A stretch of 64,000 bases of DNA, taken from assembly GCF_037042905.1 (NCBI RefSeq), contig NC_087255.1:19468001-19532000 (forward strand), read 5' to 3'. A model generated the notes under the pieces. That model saw only the letters and a program-made list of their open reading frames with translations. It was not told where the DNA came from and made no database searches. A program made the position numbers and the translations under genes. Below are positions 1-13,250 of the stretch, in pieces (position 1 is the first letter of the stretch; the number at the start of each line of letters is the position of its first letter). Source of the DNA: Lytechinus pictus. Lineage: Eukaryota.

Positions 1-1489
1 TTGTTTATTCGTGTCAGAATTAAGATTTTCCCGTTCCCAACCTAACGGAATAAACAGGTAGATATTTCATTCAGTCTGATGCATTCGATTCCAATATATA
101 ATAACTTATGAATTATTCTCCGAATCAATACCCATTTAAGGATCTTCGGATAATCCGTTCATAATCAACAGAAATGCGACCGCAAAGGAATGAGCATGAT
201 CAGTTTTAGCGCAGAATCCGCAGGTGCGACTTAGAGGATCCGAAAACAATTTTTCATATAGATGAAAAAGTGTTTTAATTCATTCATTTTAATTAGTCTT
301 GCTTCTTAACAATGATTACCTTAAGGCGAGTAAATATTCTTGTATCCTTGCTACAAGACCCAAATTGTATTGTATGTAAATGAAATAATATTCATGAATT
401 ATGATCCTAAAAATCGTTTTAGTATTTTCCTAAGTAGGTGATTGGATTATCTTATAAAATTACATAACACTATATATATATATATATGTTACTTTATATA
501 TACAGATTTCACGAGTTTTCGATACGAGATCATACCAAAAATTGAGTGCGGAAGAAACAGAAGAAGTGGGGGGGGGGGTGGTGACGGTCAGAGAAAAAGG
601 AGAGGAAAATAGGATGAGAAATAAAGAGAAACAGATAGGAAGACATAATGATGTTCTTGAATATCCTTGACTCGCCGTAGATGGCGCATCTCCTTATCAC
701 CGTTATCTTTCGGTTCATCTGACTTCACAGTCATGACAGTGGGCGCATCACCGCACGGTTACTAAGGATGACTACATGCATCATATCTCTCGCTACCGTG
801 ACTCGCCGGGTTGCGATCCCTAACTGCCTATCAAGAACACATCCAAACCATGTACCTACAATAACCCACTTAGTCTTTCTTCGTACAGACCTTAAGGTTT
901 TATTTTAAAGACATACAGCTCACATTTTTATGCCAATGCTCATTATATTCAGATCAACGGAATGTTTGATTGATAATACATGCAGGTATAATTATGATGA
1001 TACGAATGCATCCAAAACTTTGAGGTCGCAATGGCAGTTGTAGTAAGCATAGACATTAAATGGGCGTGTTGTTTAATTAACCATTATTATGAGTTAAAAA
1101 AAAGGATGAACATGAAAACAAAAGAAATGTTTCAAAGTGTCAGGTCACCAACAAGCTTCCCTTGTCATCACCACCTAAAAGAAAGGTTTCTACCCGCATC
1201 CACCAAAATTAGAACAGATTTTAACCCCCATCGTCATGTTAAACAGTAAAATCATGAGAAAATGATAACTTACTCAAATAAATGGATCAAAAGTAGAAGA
1301 AAAGTAGAAAGTTTGCAAGATATTTATTCTTCATCGTAACAGGTATTGACAAGGACAAGAATATTATGATGTTCACATCAGATAAAGGAAGAAAAAAGCA
1401 ACAACAACATAGATTTAGGGGAGGGTGAAGAGATATATGTTTATACATTATAGGTAAAAATATCAAAGTGCAAAAAATTGAAAGAGAAA

Positions 1490-1641
1490 CAGGGATCCGT
1501 TTCATAAAACCTGTTACAATAACAAATTTACAATAACAGTTAAAAGCCACTGGAATTCTTCACTCTGATTGGCTGATAGTAAGTTTGTTATAGACATCTT
1601 GCATTTGTTATTATAACAAGCTTTTATGAAACGGGACCCTG
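1490..1641. mobile_element. Short palindromic MITE (PIF/Harbinger-like)
   Basis: Left end CAGGGATCCGTTTCATAAAACCTGTTACAATAACAAAT matches the reverse complement of the right end (CAGGGTCCCGTTTCATAAAAGCTTGTTATAATAACAAAT). Central CTGATTGGCTG. Superfamily is inferred from the termini only. Confidence 0.8.
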
Positions 1642-1904
1642 AACCAGGAGGGGGGGGGGGGGGAGATGGAAACGAAGGTGGGGGGGGGGGCGTGGGGACA
1701 AATAGGATCAGAGAAAAGAAATTTATACATTAAGTAAATTACAGTATACATTCCAAATGCAAATTTAATCGAGTGTTAGTTTTTATTCTTATATTGAAAA
1801 GGTAAACAAGGTTAAATGTCGTGTTTAAATCAGGTTGTTCAGACGTGGATGAGTGCAAAGTCAAGCTCGCTGATAGACTATTGATGCCACACGACCCTAC
1901 AGGC

Positions 1905-2135
1905 TTGAAAGATAATGGCGCGTGCGCCGGCTGATCACGTGATTTCATCTTATCGCGACGAGCAAGCGGACCAGTCAGGTAGCAGCGTTTTACGTGCAAC
2001 TCTAAAAAAAAAGAGAGAGAATCGCGAGAGAAGAGATGAATAATTGCATTGGTTGGATGCGCCGTGGATGCGGTATCACTAGTTGACTCTTACAGTTCCT
2101 GAAGCGTGAGATAGAGAGAGGGACGATTTCAGTGG
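1905..2135 (+). promoter_or_regulatory. Probable TATA-less, CpG-rich core/proximal promoter of the + strand gene
   Basis: Local CpG enrichment. NRF1-like GCGCGTGCGC 1918-1927, palindromic E-box ATCACGTGAT 1934-1943, GA tracts about 2011-2035, reverse CCAAT (ATTGG) about 2048, Inr-like TCAGT about 2129. Lies about 1 kb upstream of the ATG/donor exon. The TSS is inferred only. Confidence 0.5.
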
Positions 2136-3077
2136 CTCTGTCAAATCCCTCTGCCGGCTGATAGCTCGCACTTTAGAGATAATTATTGTCATTTGACAGA
2201 TAATAGTTGGATATTTGATCGCTTTACATTTAAGGAGGAAAAAGGCATGAGCACTTCAAATAGAGGATGCGACCTACATCGTGTTTTGCGCAAATAAAGA
2301 AAGTTTGAGCGTTCTAAACCTGGAGACCTCGTGCTGATTATATATATATATTTTTTTCAATTCTCATGATCTGTGATAATTTTCTCGACTCTGGTTTTAC
2401 TCACCGGATCTGACTAGATAGTCATTAGTGTCATGTGAGAGTCGTATCGTTACATGCTGCGATCTGAAATAATTTACACTGTTGATTCATTTAATGGAAT
2501 TTGCGAAGCTGGGTCGCTGTATTCAGACGAAAGGAGGAGCGTACATTTAATTCCTGGACCTTACTCTGCAAGCCACTCAGCAAGCCATTCTGCTCCCCCG
2601 CCAAGAGAGGACTATCATCTCCTTTGCATCCCGCTGCTTTGATAAATGTTACAGACAATTTTGTCCGGGTTAACTCGTCGTCATGAAGAAAGCAAGGGGC
2701 CGGTAGTAAAAAGCTTCTTCGCCGATCCCTAAATCTGCAATCTTTCTGCGATATTGAATAGATACATCAACTCGCGGTGGCTTCATGCGAACTAAATTGT
2801 CTCCATGAGCTGGGGCTGTACTTGCGAGAGGTTAAAACCACATTTTTTTCTTGAAGGGAACAACAACATCCATTTAGATATCTGTTTCAGGACTCCTTTA
2901 TAACGTTGTGCATCCGCGTTGATTTGGAAGGAAGGTAACGCCGTTTCTACGGGTGACCAGTAACTCTACTCGGGCGCTGCGAAAATAACATCAACAAAGC
3001 CAGGAAATTTTAGACAGGGGCACATTATTCGAAGCCGCCCACCAGCATCGGGAGCCTGGTAACCTTAGATAACAATC
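2130..3077 (+). other. Putative long 5' UTR with multiple upstream ATGs
   Basis: Repeat-free, moderately GC-rich sequence between the promoter motifs and ATG 3078, with about 10 uATGs including the uORF 2454-2642. A possible acceptor TCTGTTTCAG|G at 2890/2891 means the leader could be spliced. Confidence 0.4.
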
Positions 3078-3116
3078 ATGGCTCCTTACACTTTCTCCAT
3101 CTTTTTTTGGCTGACG
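3078..3116 (+). CDS. First coding exon of an unidentified, probably secreted or membrane protein (MAPYTFSIFFWLT, start of a signal-peptide-like stretch)
   Basis: ATG in strong context (aATCATGG; A at -3, G at +4), in-frame upstream TAG at 3066-3068, 13 mostly hydrophobic/aromatic codons, then a consensus donor ACG|GTAAGT at 3116/3117 (phase 0). Confidence 0.6.
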
Positions 3117-4656
3117 GTAAGTGAACTAAATCATTCATCTTATTTGTTTAAACCTATTCCATGTTGTATTCAATTCTGCGACTCGACTGTGTGAGCTTTC
3201 TTCGTCCCCGGCTGATCAAAGTGAATTAGTAATATATAATTAGACGGATTGAGTCATCGAAAACGAACCTATCCTGTAGGCCTATATTTATACAAGTTAC
3301 AAAACATCATATATTTTTGCTCCATGCAAATTGATAATACCCCTCCTGAAACAAGTGAATAATGGATTATTACTTCGGCACTTTACATAAGCAGCTTAGA
3401 TAAGCAGTTTTCAGCAGCTTCTTTTTGCCACATTACATAAATGCTTAAATTGTTGCCGTCTGTCAGATCATGACTGTAGGCCTTATGGCAAAATTTGCGA
3501 ATGGATATTTTTCTGCCACATTGGCATTTGCAAGTTTAATAAAAAAAAATAGTTTGATGATAATGTGCATCTTAACGCCATATGAACGTATTTTGGGAGT
3601 TCGTTAGCTTAGCTCGATGAAAGATTTCGGTTACACTTTTGCCGAGCTCTGGAGGGGGCAAAACTTAGTTCGATAACACTTGCATGACTTATTTATAACG
3701 AATCCAGAGCGACTTTTGACATGTTTGGAAGTAATGTAACTCCCCGATGACAACACAGGTATTTTCCAATTTAACGAGGGTAATACGATAAATCCCCTGG
3801 TTTTCCCATAATGTTCGTGACCTCAACATATCCAAGATAAATTGTTTGCAGACGATGACCTTTTTGACTATGTCACGGCCAGGGTGTGACAAAAACAACT
3901 GGGATATTAAAGATTATGGATGTATTTTTCTAATATGCAATTAGGATAATATAGGCTGGCTTTAAAAACTTACAGAATTAATAAACGGCTCCTCAGACAC
4001 AACGTATCAAACTTGCTTAGCTGTAGATCGGTAGATGATTTTTCTTTCGTATCTCGGTTTTCTTCATAAAGTGGGTCATTTCTAAAACCTTCATTATACA
4101 TTTTTCGGATATTCTCATTTTGAAACACGAAATAGAGAAATGAAGACCGTGTTGGTATAGTAGTTTGTTTAAGTTGTCTTTCATTTATAGGGGTTGACAC
4201 CATTTTCACTGCTACTCGGTGATGTGATGAAGCCGTCAACACTATAGCTTGTCTGATGTTTAGGGGGATTTATTCCGCAAGGGTTAAACACTTTGTAGTA
4301 TCCTCGCAATTGGTTCAGACAGTTTAGTGCTTCATGGGTTAGGATACGATGGTATCTTATCACCATTGAATATGACGAGAGGGGCCGAAATGCTATCGCC
4401 ATCTCAAGCAAACAAGACTGCAAAGGAATGCCATTATCTTAGAGAGGATTGTTTATGTTGGGGGTAATGACGTTCAAGTATATCCATCTTTAACAGGAAA
4501 AGATAGAAAGAGAATAAAATCATTCCCGGTTGACCTTATGGTGGCCAATTCTCCGGCGTTTTCCCCGCCCCTATTAGCCGGTGACACTCTTCCCATCCCG
4601 CTCCAGCTACCGAGGGGAATAGACTTTTGTCCCGTTAAAATGTTTTCAATTTACAG

Positions 4657-4704
4657 TGGATCACGAAGCTCTGTCTGTACATAAATGCGAGCTGGAAAAT
4701 ACAG
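4657..4704 (+). CDS. Candidate 48-nt exon (phase 0: WITKLCLYINASWKIQ)
   Basis: Acceptor TGTTTTCAATTTACAG| and donor CAG|GTATGC. Open in phase 0, which fits exon 1 and would complete a plausible signal peptide; also open in phase 1. Could be a chance pseudo-exon. Confidence 0.25.
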
Positions 4705-6054
4705 GTATGCCGTCTTTGCCCAATGTATCTTTTACTCTCTGTGTGTCTCTTCAGGGCATCGATCACGTGACTCATCGCCTATTATGTCGTAACAATTTCA
4801 TTTTCTTGTGACGAGCACTTTAAATCTGCGTCTGACCTTATCTTCGATTCTAGAGAAATCTCTTTAAGCGTGTGTTCGAATGGGTTCTCAGAGATGTATT
4901 TAATTCTTTGTGCAAAGCAAGTGAAAAGACGTTGAAATAAGAAAGACCCAAATGGTGAAAAGAAACTGGCATTATCTTTCCTAGCATGTACCATCGAGGT
5001 AAAAATGATGGAGTGACAACGAAAAGCAAATTATTCCATGAAGCTTCCGATATCTAAAGAAATACAACAGAATATGCAGGTGCACGCTTTTGCTTTTGAT
5101 GATGATCTGTGATGCCGCCAGCTTCACGGGAAAACCGAAAAGTGATTTGTGTTGAAAATAGATAAGTGCTAATATTTCAAATGTGAAAACCCTCATAATT
5201 TGACATTTTTAAATCAACATTTTACAAATTTCTACACACTTCCACCTTATGAAAAATAAAGATTAGTTTCAGGGAATTTGTGACGTTATGTGTCACAGTT
5301 GCGGCCACATTGGGCCGGTCGAGTTATTACAAATCATATTTGATATGAAAAACAAACACACGTCGGTCAGAAAAAAAAATCCAAAGTATGATTTACCCTA
5401 ATTTTCCATTTTTTTCTGGAACTATTCGAAACATGAGTTTCGTGACTTTTATACGTGCTTTAAAAGTCATTTTAACAGATATAGAAAACATCCAGCTATT
5501 TGACATATCTTGTGCAACGTTCTGTCTGAAAAAACCCCATACATTGGTTAATCGAGGGCTAGTTTATATACCGTGTTGAAATGAAATAAATCAAATCACA
5601 TTAATTCAAAATGGGTGTAACATTGCGAGAAAGACTACAAACATTGATCGTATCTGTTGTTCCCATATTTCCACCAGTTTTGCACTTCGAATATGCGTGT
5701 ACATGTATATCATTTTCAATTAAATCCCAAATTGATAGTGAGGAATGAGTGTGAAATATAGGAATTCAGAATAATAATAATGGATCATTTTGGATCAGCC
5801 TTTTCGTAGAGCATATTATACATTTTTTGTAAAATTGTATTTTGAATTTATTACTAATTTTTTTCATTGCAAGAAAATCCAACCGAATTGCAAAAAAGAA
5901 TGACCTATATTTCGCTTTATAAAAAACAAAATGATGCAATTTTACTCGTTCAAGCGTTCGTGATAGAGAATCCATTATGTAGGCAGCTCATTAACCATCT
6001 TTTCGCTTTGAACAATGGGATATTAATGATGTATTGATATTGATGTCATTAGTC

Positions 6055-6578
6055 CACGGGCGTAAATCCGTGACGTTTTTTAATTTTGTATCACTTTATT
6101 TCAATATTCATAAAGGATCAGATGACATTTAACACAATTAACAAAGGAAGTAAAAGTAGCCCAGGTCCTGGCCTATTACTGCCGAGGCAGGACATACAGT
6201 ATAGAACATAATACAGGATAGAAAAGAGAACAGAATAATATATCATATATAGCAAAGATCTTGGTTGCGATTAATCTCGTAATAAATTATTATATTCTAT
6301 AGTTAAAATAAATCAATCATGTAAACAGGTAAACATATGAACAAGCGATTTACTCTTATTGATACACAATAGTTATTAATTTTATTGGTATTATACATGG
6401 ATTTGGTATCTATTATCGTCGTCTTTTAATATTGTTTATTTGTATAACTGCTTTTATTGATATTTTACTATATTATTGTTTTATTTTTATTTTGTTATTA
6501 TCATATTCAAATGGGGGGATGGAACAATAAATCATCTCCCCCTGAACAGTAGGTGTGACGCAATGATTTACGCCAGTG
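6055..6578. mobile_element. hAT-type MITE with perfect 8-bp TSD
   Basis: TIRs CACGGGCGTAAATC and GATTTACGCCAGTG (13/14 match). Identical CATTAGTC at 6047-6054 and 6579-6586. Confidence 0.85.
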
Positions 6579-7944
6579 CATTAGTCATTAAGAAAGCAAC
6601 TTGAATTTGTAATTAAATCTTAATTATTAATGTGCTATTAATGCAAAACGCCTTTGGCGTACATGTCCACGGACTGATATCAGTTACGAGGTTATTTTCT
6701 AGTGAAAATATAATCAAGCAATTAAGAAATTTATATAACTAATGTCTTGTCAATACCTGTCAGCCTATTGCTGTGAAATCTGATACAATTTATTGAAGGC
6801 TATATTCAATACAACAAAAGTAAAAAAAAAGTTAGGCCTATCATTAACCACTTATAAGTTAATTTTGTTTACTTCAATGTTGTACTTTAAGGGATTTCCC
6901 AAATAGGATATTCATCATAATAGTATGCTAAATGATTATCTTTAGCTAAAAAGCAATAAAAAGCTTCACCCGAAAAAAGAACAACACTTACTCGTGCAAC
7001 GTCGATCTAACAAATGACACCACATCGATGTCGATGGAACTCTGTGAGATAAGTGAGAGTCAAGGCCATTATTCATATGCCACTTAGAGAGAAATGATAT
7101 CAGAAAACCATCAGCAAATAACAAGCCTCGCAAGACATCAAAATGTGATAAAAGACATTCTATTTATAATATTACGCGCGTGCGGTATGATTTTCCCCTC
7201 ATCTACTTATACGCGATCAAAGCATTACTCGGCATCGTCAAATATGTAGCTTTATGAATCTCTGCGAAGTAATAAATCACCCTGCTATGGCAGGCGCTCT
7301 TGACTGCGTAGGGGCGATCGCCGAAGAGAGAGAGCCATATTTCATTTCAATTACGTGACTCTGCCGAACAATCTTTCCCCTTAATAATCCGCCATCATCA
7401 GAGATTAGCGCATTTATCACTCCTATACTCTGCTACAAACTTTGAACTGTGCACTCGCATTCATCACAATCACTTGCCCGTCATCGGTATCAGTATTTTT
7501 TTTCTTCTGGTTCTTCGCTGTTTCTGCTCTCCCATTTTCGATTATTTGTCCTCTCCGCACCTGCCATATTTTCTACTCGCCTTTCAAATCCCCTAAGAAA
7601 TATTACATGCCTTCGATTTCTATTTTTACGTCATGCTTTTATGCTGAGTGACTTTTTTCTCTCTTTTGGGCTCTTGTTTCGAGGGAGAGAAAGTGAGCCG
7701 ACAGGGGCCAGAAAGATCGCTTGCACCGCAGCCGTCAAATTCTCGCAAGAAGCGCATTACTCTTCACATTCATTATCATCGGTGCCCTTCACACTTGGCG
7801 AAGCGACATGGGGATGGTATTAACCCAGCCTGTCCTGCGATGTAGCAGAAAAATAAAGCAGATACATATTACATTTTAAGTTTCTCCTCGACGACGGCAA
7901 CCAAAAAGCAATACCAACAACAATAACAACAATCTATACTTTAT

Positions 7945-8363
7945 CAGGATTCCCAGCTTTTCAAGAAAACAAAATTCCCTGATTTTCCCCTGATTTTTAC
8001 CCTGATGAAGTTTAAATATTCCCTGATAATCATTTAAACCCATTTCCAGTTTCGCATGTTTTCTAAGTGGTTGAAGTGAATTACATTTATTTTCAGTATA
8101 AAAACAGTAATATAAAACTAATTGGTACCACCATAACCAGTTATTCAATGGATGTTGTTTTGATATGCAACAAAATATAACGGAGTCTGACTGACTACCT
8201 TGCTTTTGATTATTGTGCCGATCAAAATTCCCTGATTTTCCCCTCATTAAGGCATTTCCCCCTCATTTGAGGTATCTAAAAAAAAATCATATTCCCTGGT
8301 TATTCCTTGACTGGAAAAAAGTAAAATAATTTCCCCTGATTTCCCTGACGGCTGGGAACCCTG
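7945..8363. mobile_element. Non-autonomous DNA transposon with CAGG termini and subterminal TTCCCTGA repeats
   Basis: TIRs CAGGATTCCCAGC and GCTGGGAACCCTG. Many (T)TCCC(C)TGA motifs near both ends. Flanked by TTTAT at 7940-7944 and 8364-8368. Confidence 0.8.
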
Positions 8364-8707
8364 TTTATACAGAAAAAACCCCGAAGCGCAAGTCGATTAT
8401 TTCATAGTAATGATCTAAGTTCATTGTAATTGGATGTGAGACCTGAGAAGCATTAGAACAATGGATTATAATTTATATTGATTGGAACAACTCGGAATCC
8501 TTTGCTCATATAGCTTGTAATATACATTGGTAGTGTCTATCAAGAAATGAATTTTATCTACACTGCTTCAATTGCCCGTATTCATGGTAACGTCAATTGA
8601 TAATTGAATAAAATCATGTGACATAAACCGGGGACATAAATAACAGATGCATTACTAGGAACTTGATATGGCATGGGGGTACTGTACCAGTACACATCCT
8701 TCATTAA

Positions 8708-9292
8708 AGGGATACTCCGGGCTAAAGATACATGTATTTATATCTAAAAAAATAGAGCAAAATTCACAGAGCAAAATGCTGAAAATTTCATCAAAATCGG
8801 ATAACAAATAACGAAATTATTGGATTTTAAAGATGTGCATTATTCCGATGAAACAGTTCTAGGCATGTCTTCATGAATATTCATTAGGTGGTCTGATGAT
8901 GTCACATCCCCACTTCCCTTTTCTTATGTTATTACACGAAATCATTTTTCATAAATGAGTAAATGATGTGTCTCCATTATGATGAAATAAGTTGCAGCAA
9001 TACATAACTAATGCGTTTAATCAGTTGTTTTAGTTCTTGGTATAAAAACTTTGAATAAACCTATTTTCATATAATAGAATACAAAAGAACAAGTGGGGAT
9101 ATGACATCATCAGCCCACCTAATGAATATTCAAGAGACACATGCCTAGAACTGTTTCACCAGAATAATGCAAATCTTTAAAATACAATAACTTCGTTATT
9201 TGTTATCCGATTTTGATCAAATTTTCAGCAATTGCTTTGTGAATTTTACTCCATTTATTGAGATATAAATATCTTCAGCCTGGAGCATCCCT
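8708..9292. mobile_element. Kolobok-like foldback MITE
   Basis: TTAA at 8704-8707 and 9293-9296, AG...CT termini, inverted arms of about 210 bp (AGGGATACTCCGGGCT...CCCCACTT vs AAGTGGGG...AGCCTGGAGCATCCCT). Confidence 0.9.
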
Positions 9293-9440
9293 TTAAAAAC
9301 AGAAATAAAACCATAGGCCCAATACATGATTTATGATAAATAACAGCACCGACACGTGTTTTGAAAGCAAATACCTAAAAGGGGGTGATAGATAACCATA
9401 TTTTCAAATTAACCCAATCGCTACGTTGGATACAATCCTT

Positions 9441-9841
9441 GGTAAATTGCCAATTCGTCCACCGCCAACTCGTCCATTTACCACATGGTCTACCTTCTTT
9501 TAGTCTAATGCCATTCCGTCCATCAACATTTCGTCTAACAACCATTTTGGTCCAATCATCACTTCGTCTAATCACAATTTCGTCTATTACCATTTCGTCT
9601 AATAACCAGTTGGTGTAATACCCATTTTCTTTTCATTCATTTTGCACAATTAACACTTAAGTTTAATTAGACCATATGGTATATTGACTAAATGGCCATT
9701 GGACCAACTGGTTATTAGACGAAAGCATTAAACTAAATGAAAGTAGACCATGTGGTGAGTAGACGAACTGATGATAGACCAAATGGTAGTAGACGAGTTG
9801 GCAATTGGACGAATTGGCATTACACGAATTGGAAATAAACC
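9441..9841. mobile_element. MITE built of about 15-bp (GCCAA/CCAT)TTCGTCYA repeats in inverted arms, 8-bp TSD
   Basis: Termini GGTAAATTGCCAATTCGT and ACGAATTGGAAATAAACC. TSD CAATCCTT (9433-9440) and CAATCTTT (9842-9849). GG termini with an 8-bp TSD are compatible with Merlin-like elements (inference). Confidence 0.8.
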
Positions 9842-10282
9842 CAATCTTTTAGATTCTTAAAGAAAGAGGAAGTGTCTTATTCCAAAATGTTGTAAAAAAG
9901 GTCTATTTGCAGCATGCTTCAGATTTGTCGAGATGGTTTTTTTTTATTACGGGGGAGGGGGGGGGGGATATGTGCCCATCTTCCATAGACTGCTCTATAA
10001 AATTCTGAACTTCGGGGGAGGGGGGGGGGGGGCGTCTGCCATTCGTTGATTCGCACGTTCCGCACCCCTCCCGTTGGCATCATATAGGCTCTGCATACTC
10101 TTTGCATTTCCGTTTTAAGCGTGATGAAAATAGAGAGGATTGTATCTTGTTTATTCTTAGAGCTTTTATCGGCCGCAACACTTTATTTAATTGCATTCTT
10201 CAATTTCTCGCTATTTTGTCTCAAGTGGGCTGGCCAAATCAGGGCAGGGTGAAACATACATGGCCACAACTTGTGCTCGAGA

Positions 10283-10572
10283 GGAGTTGCCATACGTAGT
10301 GGTTCAGTCACTAACTCTTAAACCAAGGGTCGAGGGTTCGAATCCAACCCGGCGCTAATGTCCTTTGACAAGGCCCTTATCCACATTTGTCACTCTCCAC
10401 CCATGTGTTAAATGGGTACTGTTCGGATGTAAAAGTCGCTGTGATTAGATTGGCTTGTGGCGCACCGATAAAAAAACGATTGCCTGCCCAGGATACTCCC
10501 CGGGGAGTGGAGATGATGCACTTTATGAATGGAACTGTGATGGATCATATGACCGGGATAATAATAATTACA
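10283..10572 (+). mobile_element. tRNA-derived SINE
   Basis: A-box remnant TAGTGG about 10297, B box GGTTCGAATCC 10335-10345, CORE/V-like body (TCCTTTGACAAGG...CACCCATGTGTTAAATGGGTAC), (ATA)n tail. Confidence 0.85.
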
Positions 10573-11707
10573 ATTTAAAACGGTCAGAAACACAAAGTAT
10601 GAAGCACTAGATAATTGTATCATCGTTCTAACAAAAAAAATGTGACACTGGGAGAGGAGCGTCTGTCCATCCCCCAAAAGAAATACGCGATAAAGAAAAG
10701 GCATAGAAATGAAGTGACCCCTCTTCCCTCTTCCGTCAATAATCTTGTGTATGATATTATTGTACTTTTAGAATAGTTAGATGCCAGTCTGTCTTACATT
10801 TTCTGATGATTTATACATGCTTTACAATATCTCGCTCTTATATAATAATTTTCTTTTATGTAAATTGCTCTTCAACCCCGTAAACAAAACAAATGAGTAC
10901 ATTCTCGTTTAGGTATTGGATATTTACATTTAAATTATGTGCGTGATTTTATGACATTTGATTTTGATTTATTGTTTTCTTCTGCATCCATAACATTCGT
11001 ATAATACATTTTTCATAACATAATAAACATAATATGCTAGCATTTTTGGCATGAATCATAAATAAAGAGTATTAAAAAGATAATTTCAGACAAAAATGAT
11101 TAACTATATGATATTCACAATTTGCAGGAGAAGGATTGTCATCATAAGCAGATTGCTTGAAAAAAATGACAATCCCAAACTTATACTAATTGAATTAATT
11201 AATACATTTATAAAGCAGAATGGGCATACATTTTCAAATACGAAACATGAATTCATGCAATATTAAAGTATGAACATGTATGAGGAAGCAATGTTTTAAT
11301 TACACGATAACCATTATAACCGACGCATGTTCTTTGATTCTTTTCATAAACCTTAAAACAAAAGATTTTTGAGTAACCATGTTAATTTTACAAAAGACAT
11401 ATTACAGCATGTAGAATCGGGAGCGGCGCCGGGTAATTATTTTTATTATTATTATTATTTTTTTTTTTGGGGGGGGGGGCGCAAGACAAAAGGCGATATC
11501 TTATTTTCCTCAGTTGAATAATAGTGATATTATATAATTACATAACACATATCTTTTTTTCATTACTCTATTCTTTGATTTCTCTCTTTTCTTTCCCCCT
11601 ATTTTACTTTTCTTCTCTGGTGTTGTTTTACCACTTTAAACTATCATCCCCAGTCCACCTGTGGCATCGCCCATTCTTTGCATAATAAAATATTGATAGA
11701 TAATATC

Positions 11708-12003
11708 ATTAATAATAATTATAATAATAACGTCATATTTTACTCAGGGTAGCCACTTCAGTTCCGAAAACTATTCTCCCAGCGGGCCCTGCTTAACATG
11801 ATAATGTAATTATTACCCCGGCTTTAGCTCGATCAAGCGCTCGAGCATTCGAAGAATTTCTTCTTACCGGGTACCCATTCACCTCACCTGGGTCGAGTGC
11901 AGCAAAGTGTGGATAAATTTCTTGCTGAAGGAAAACTCGCCATGGCTAAGATTAGAACACACGACCCTTTGTTTGAAAGGCGAGAGTCAGAACGAGACCA
12001 CGA
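11708..12003 (-). mobile_element. tRNA-derived SINE (same head and body as 53962-54251)
   Basis: Shares TTATTACCCCGGCTTTAGCTCGA and GGGTACCYATTCACCTCACCTGGGTYGAGTGCAGCA with the 54-kb copy. Degenerate B box; (TAA)n tail at the left end. Confidence 0.85.
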
Positions 12004-12866
12004 AGAAAATTATCTCTACATTATTTTACGCACCAAACAAGGAAACACCTCATGATTTTATTATTATTATTTTTTTTTACAAAGCTATTAGTTTAGTTCT
12101 TTACCATGTCGGCCAGCAGCATGGTATAAGCGAAGAATAAAACTAGTCTCCACATTAGGACTAAGTTAAAATTTGTCATGGCTGTGTTTTCCCTTGATTA
12201 ATAACCCTATAGTTTGTACTATACTGTAATTTGCAGCAACACAACATCTGTAAGCAACAATATCCCAGTGTTTTATTTTTCTATTTTCTTGTATTTGAGA
12301 GAATGAACTTATATCCCCATCCAAGCGGAATAGTTTATAGCTTTGCTAAAATAAATCATAATCAGACAGTTATTGGATACCAAGTGACGTGTGTATAATG
12401 CGTTTACACATGATTTGCCAGTAATAAATATCATTAAGACTACCTAGGCCTATACTATGAATTTATCTTATTTTCTCCGAGCATACATGATTTTTCCGTT
12501 CAGTGCAAATTGGTATTGCTGCATATAATCTGATAATGCTGGTGGGATATTGGACGCACGGGACATTGCAGTGGTGGTAATCTATTTACAAAATGATTAA
12601 TTTTGAAGCCTCGTTATGATTTTGAAAAGTAATTATGGTTGTGGGCATTGAATAAGTGGCTTCTGAATTACTATGGATTTTTAATAATACAAAGAATGTT
12701 GAAAAAAACCAATACCATTTTTAATAGTTTTTTTTTTAAGTCAGAAATAATATTGTGTTTTTAGATTCAAGTCAGAAGTAATAATACTTATAAAAATGAA
12801 GTAAGCAAAACATCTATTAGAATATTGATGATGACGATAATGACGTTACTATTACCACCACCACTA

Positions 12867-13172
12867 NNNNNNNNNNNNNNNNNNNNNNNNNNNNNNNNNN
12901 NNNNNNNNNNNNNNNNNNNNNNNNNNNNNNNNNNNNNNNNNNNNNNNNNNNNNNNNNNNNNNNNNNNNNNNNNNNNNNNNNNNNNNNNNNNNNNNNNNNN
13001 NNNNNNNNNNNNNNNNNNNNNNNNNNNNNNNNNNNNNNNNNNNNNNNNNNNNNNNNNNNNNNNNNNNNNNNNNNNNNNNNNNNNNNNNNNNNNNNNNNNN
13101 NNNNNNNNNNNNNNNNNNNNNNNNNNNNNNNNNNNNNNNNNNNNNNNNNNNNNNNNNNNNNNNNNNNNNNNN
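12867..13172. other. Assembly gap (306 N) next to an (ACT)n/(ACC)n microsatellite
   Basis: Run of N, followed by (ACT)n at about 13173-13262. Confidence 0.99.
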
Positions 13173-13179
13173 ACTAGGC

Positions 13180-13250
<71 letters not shown>

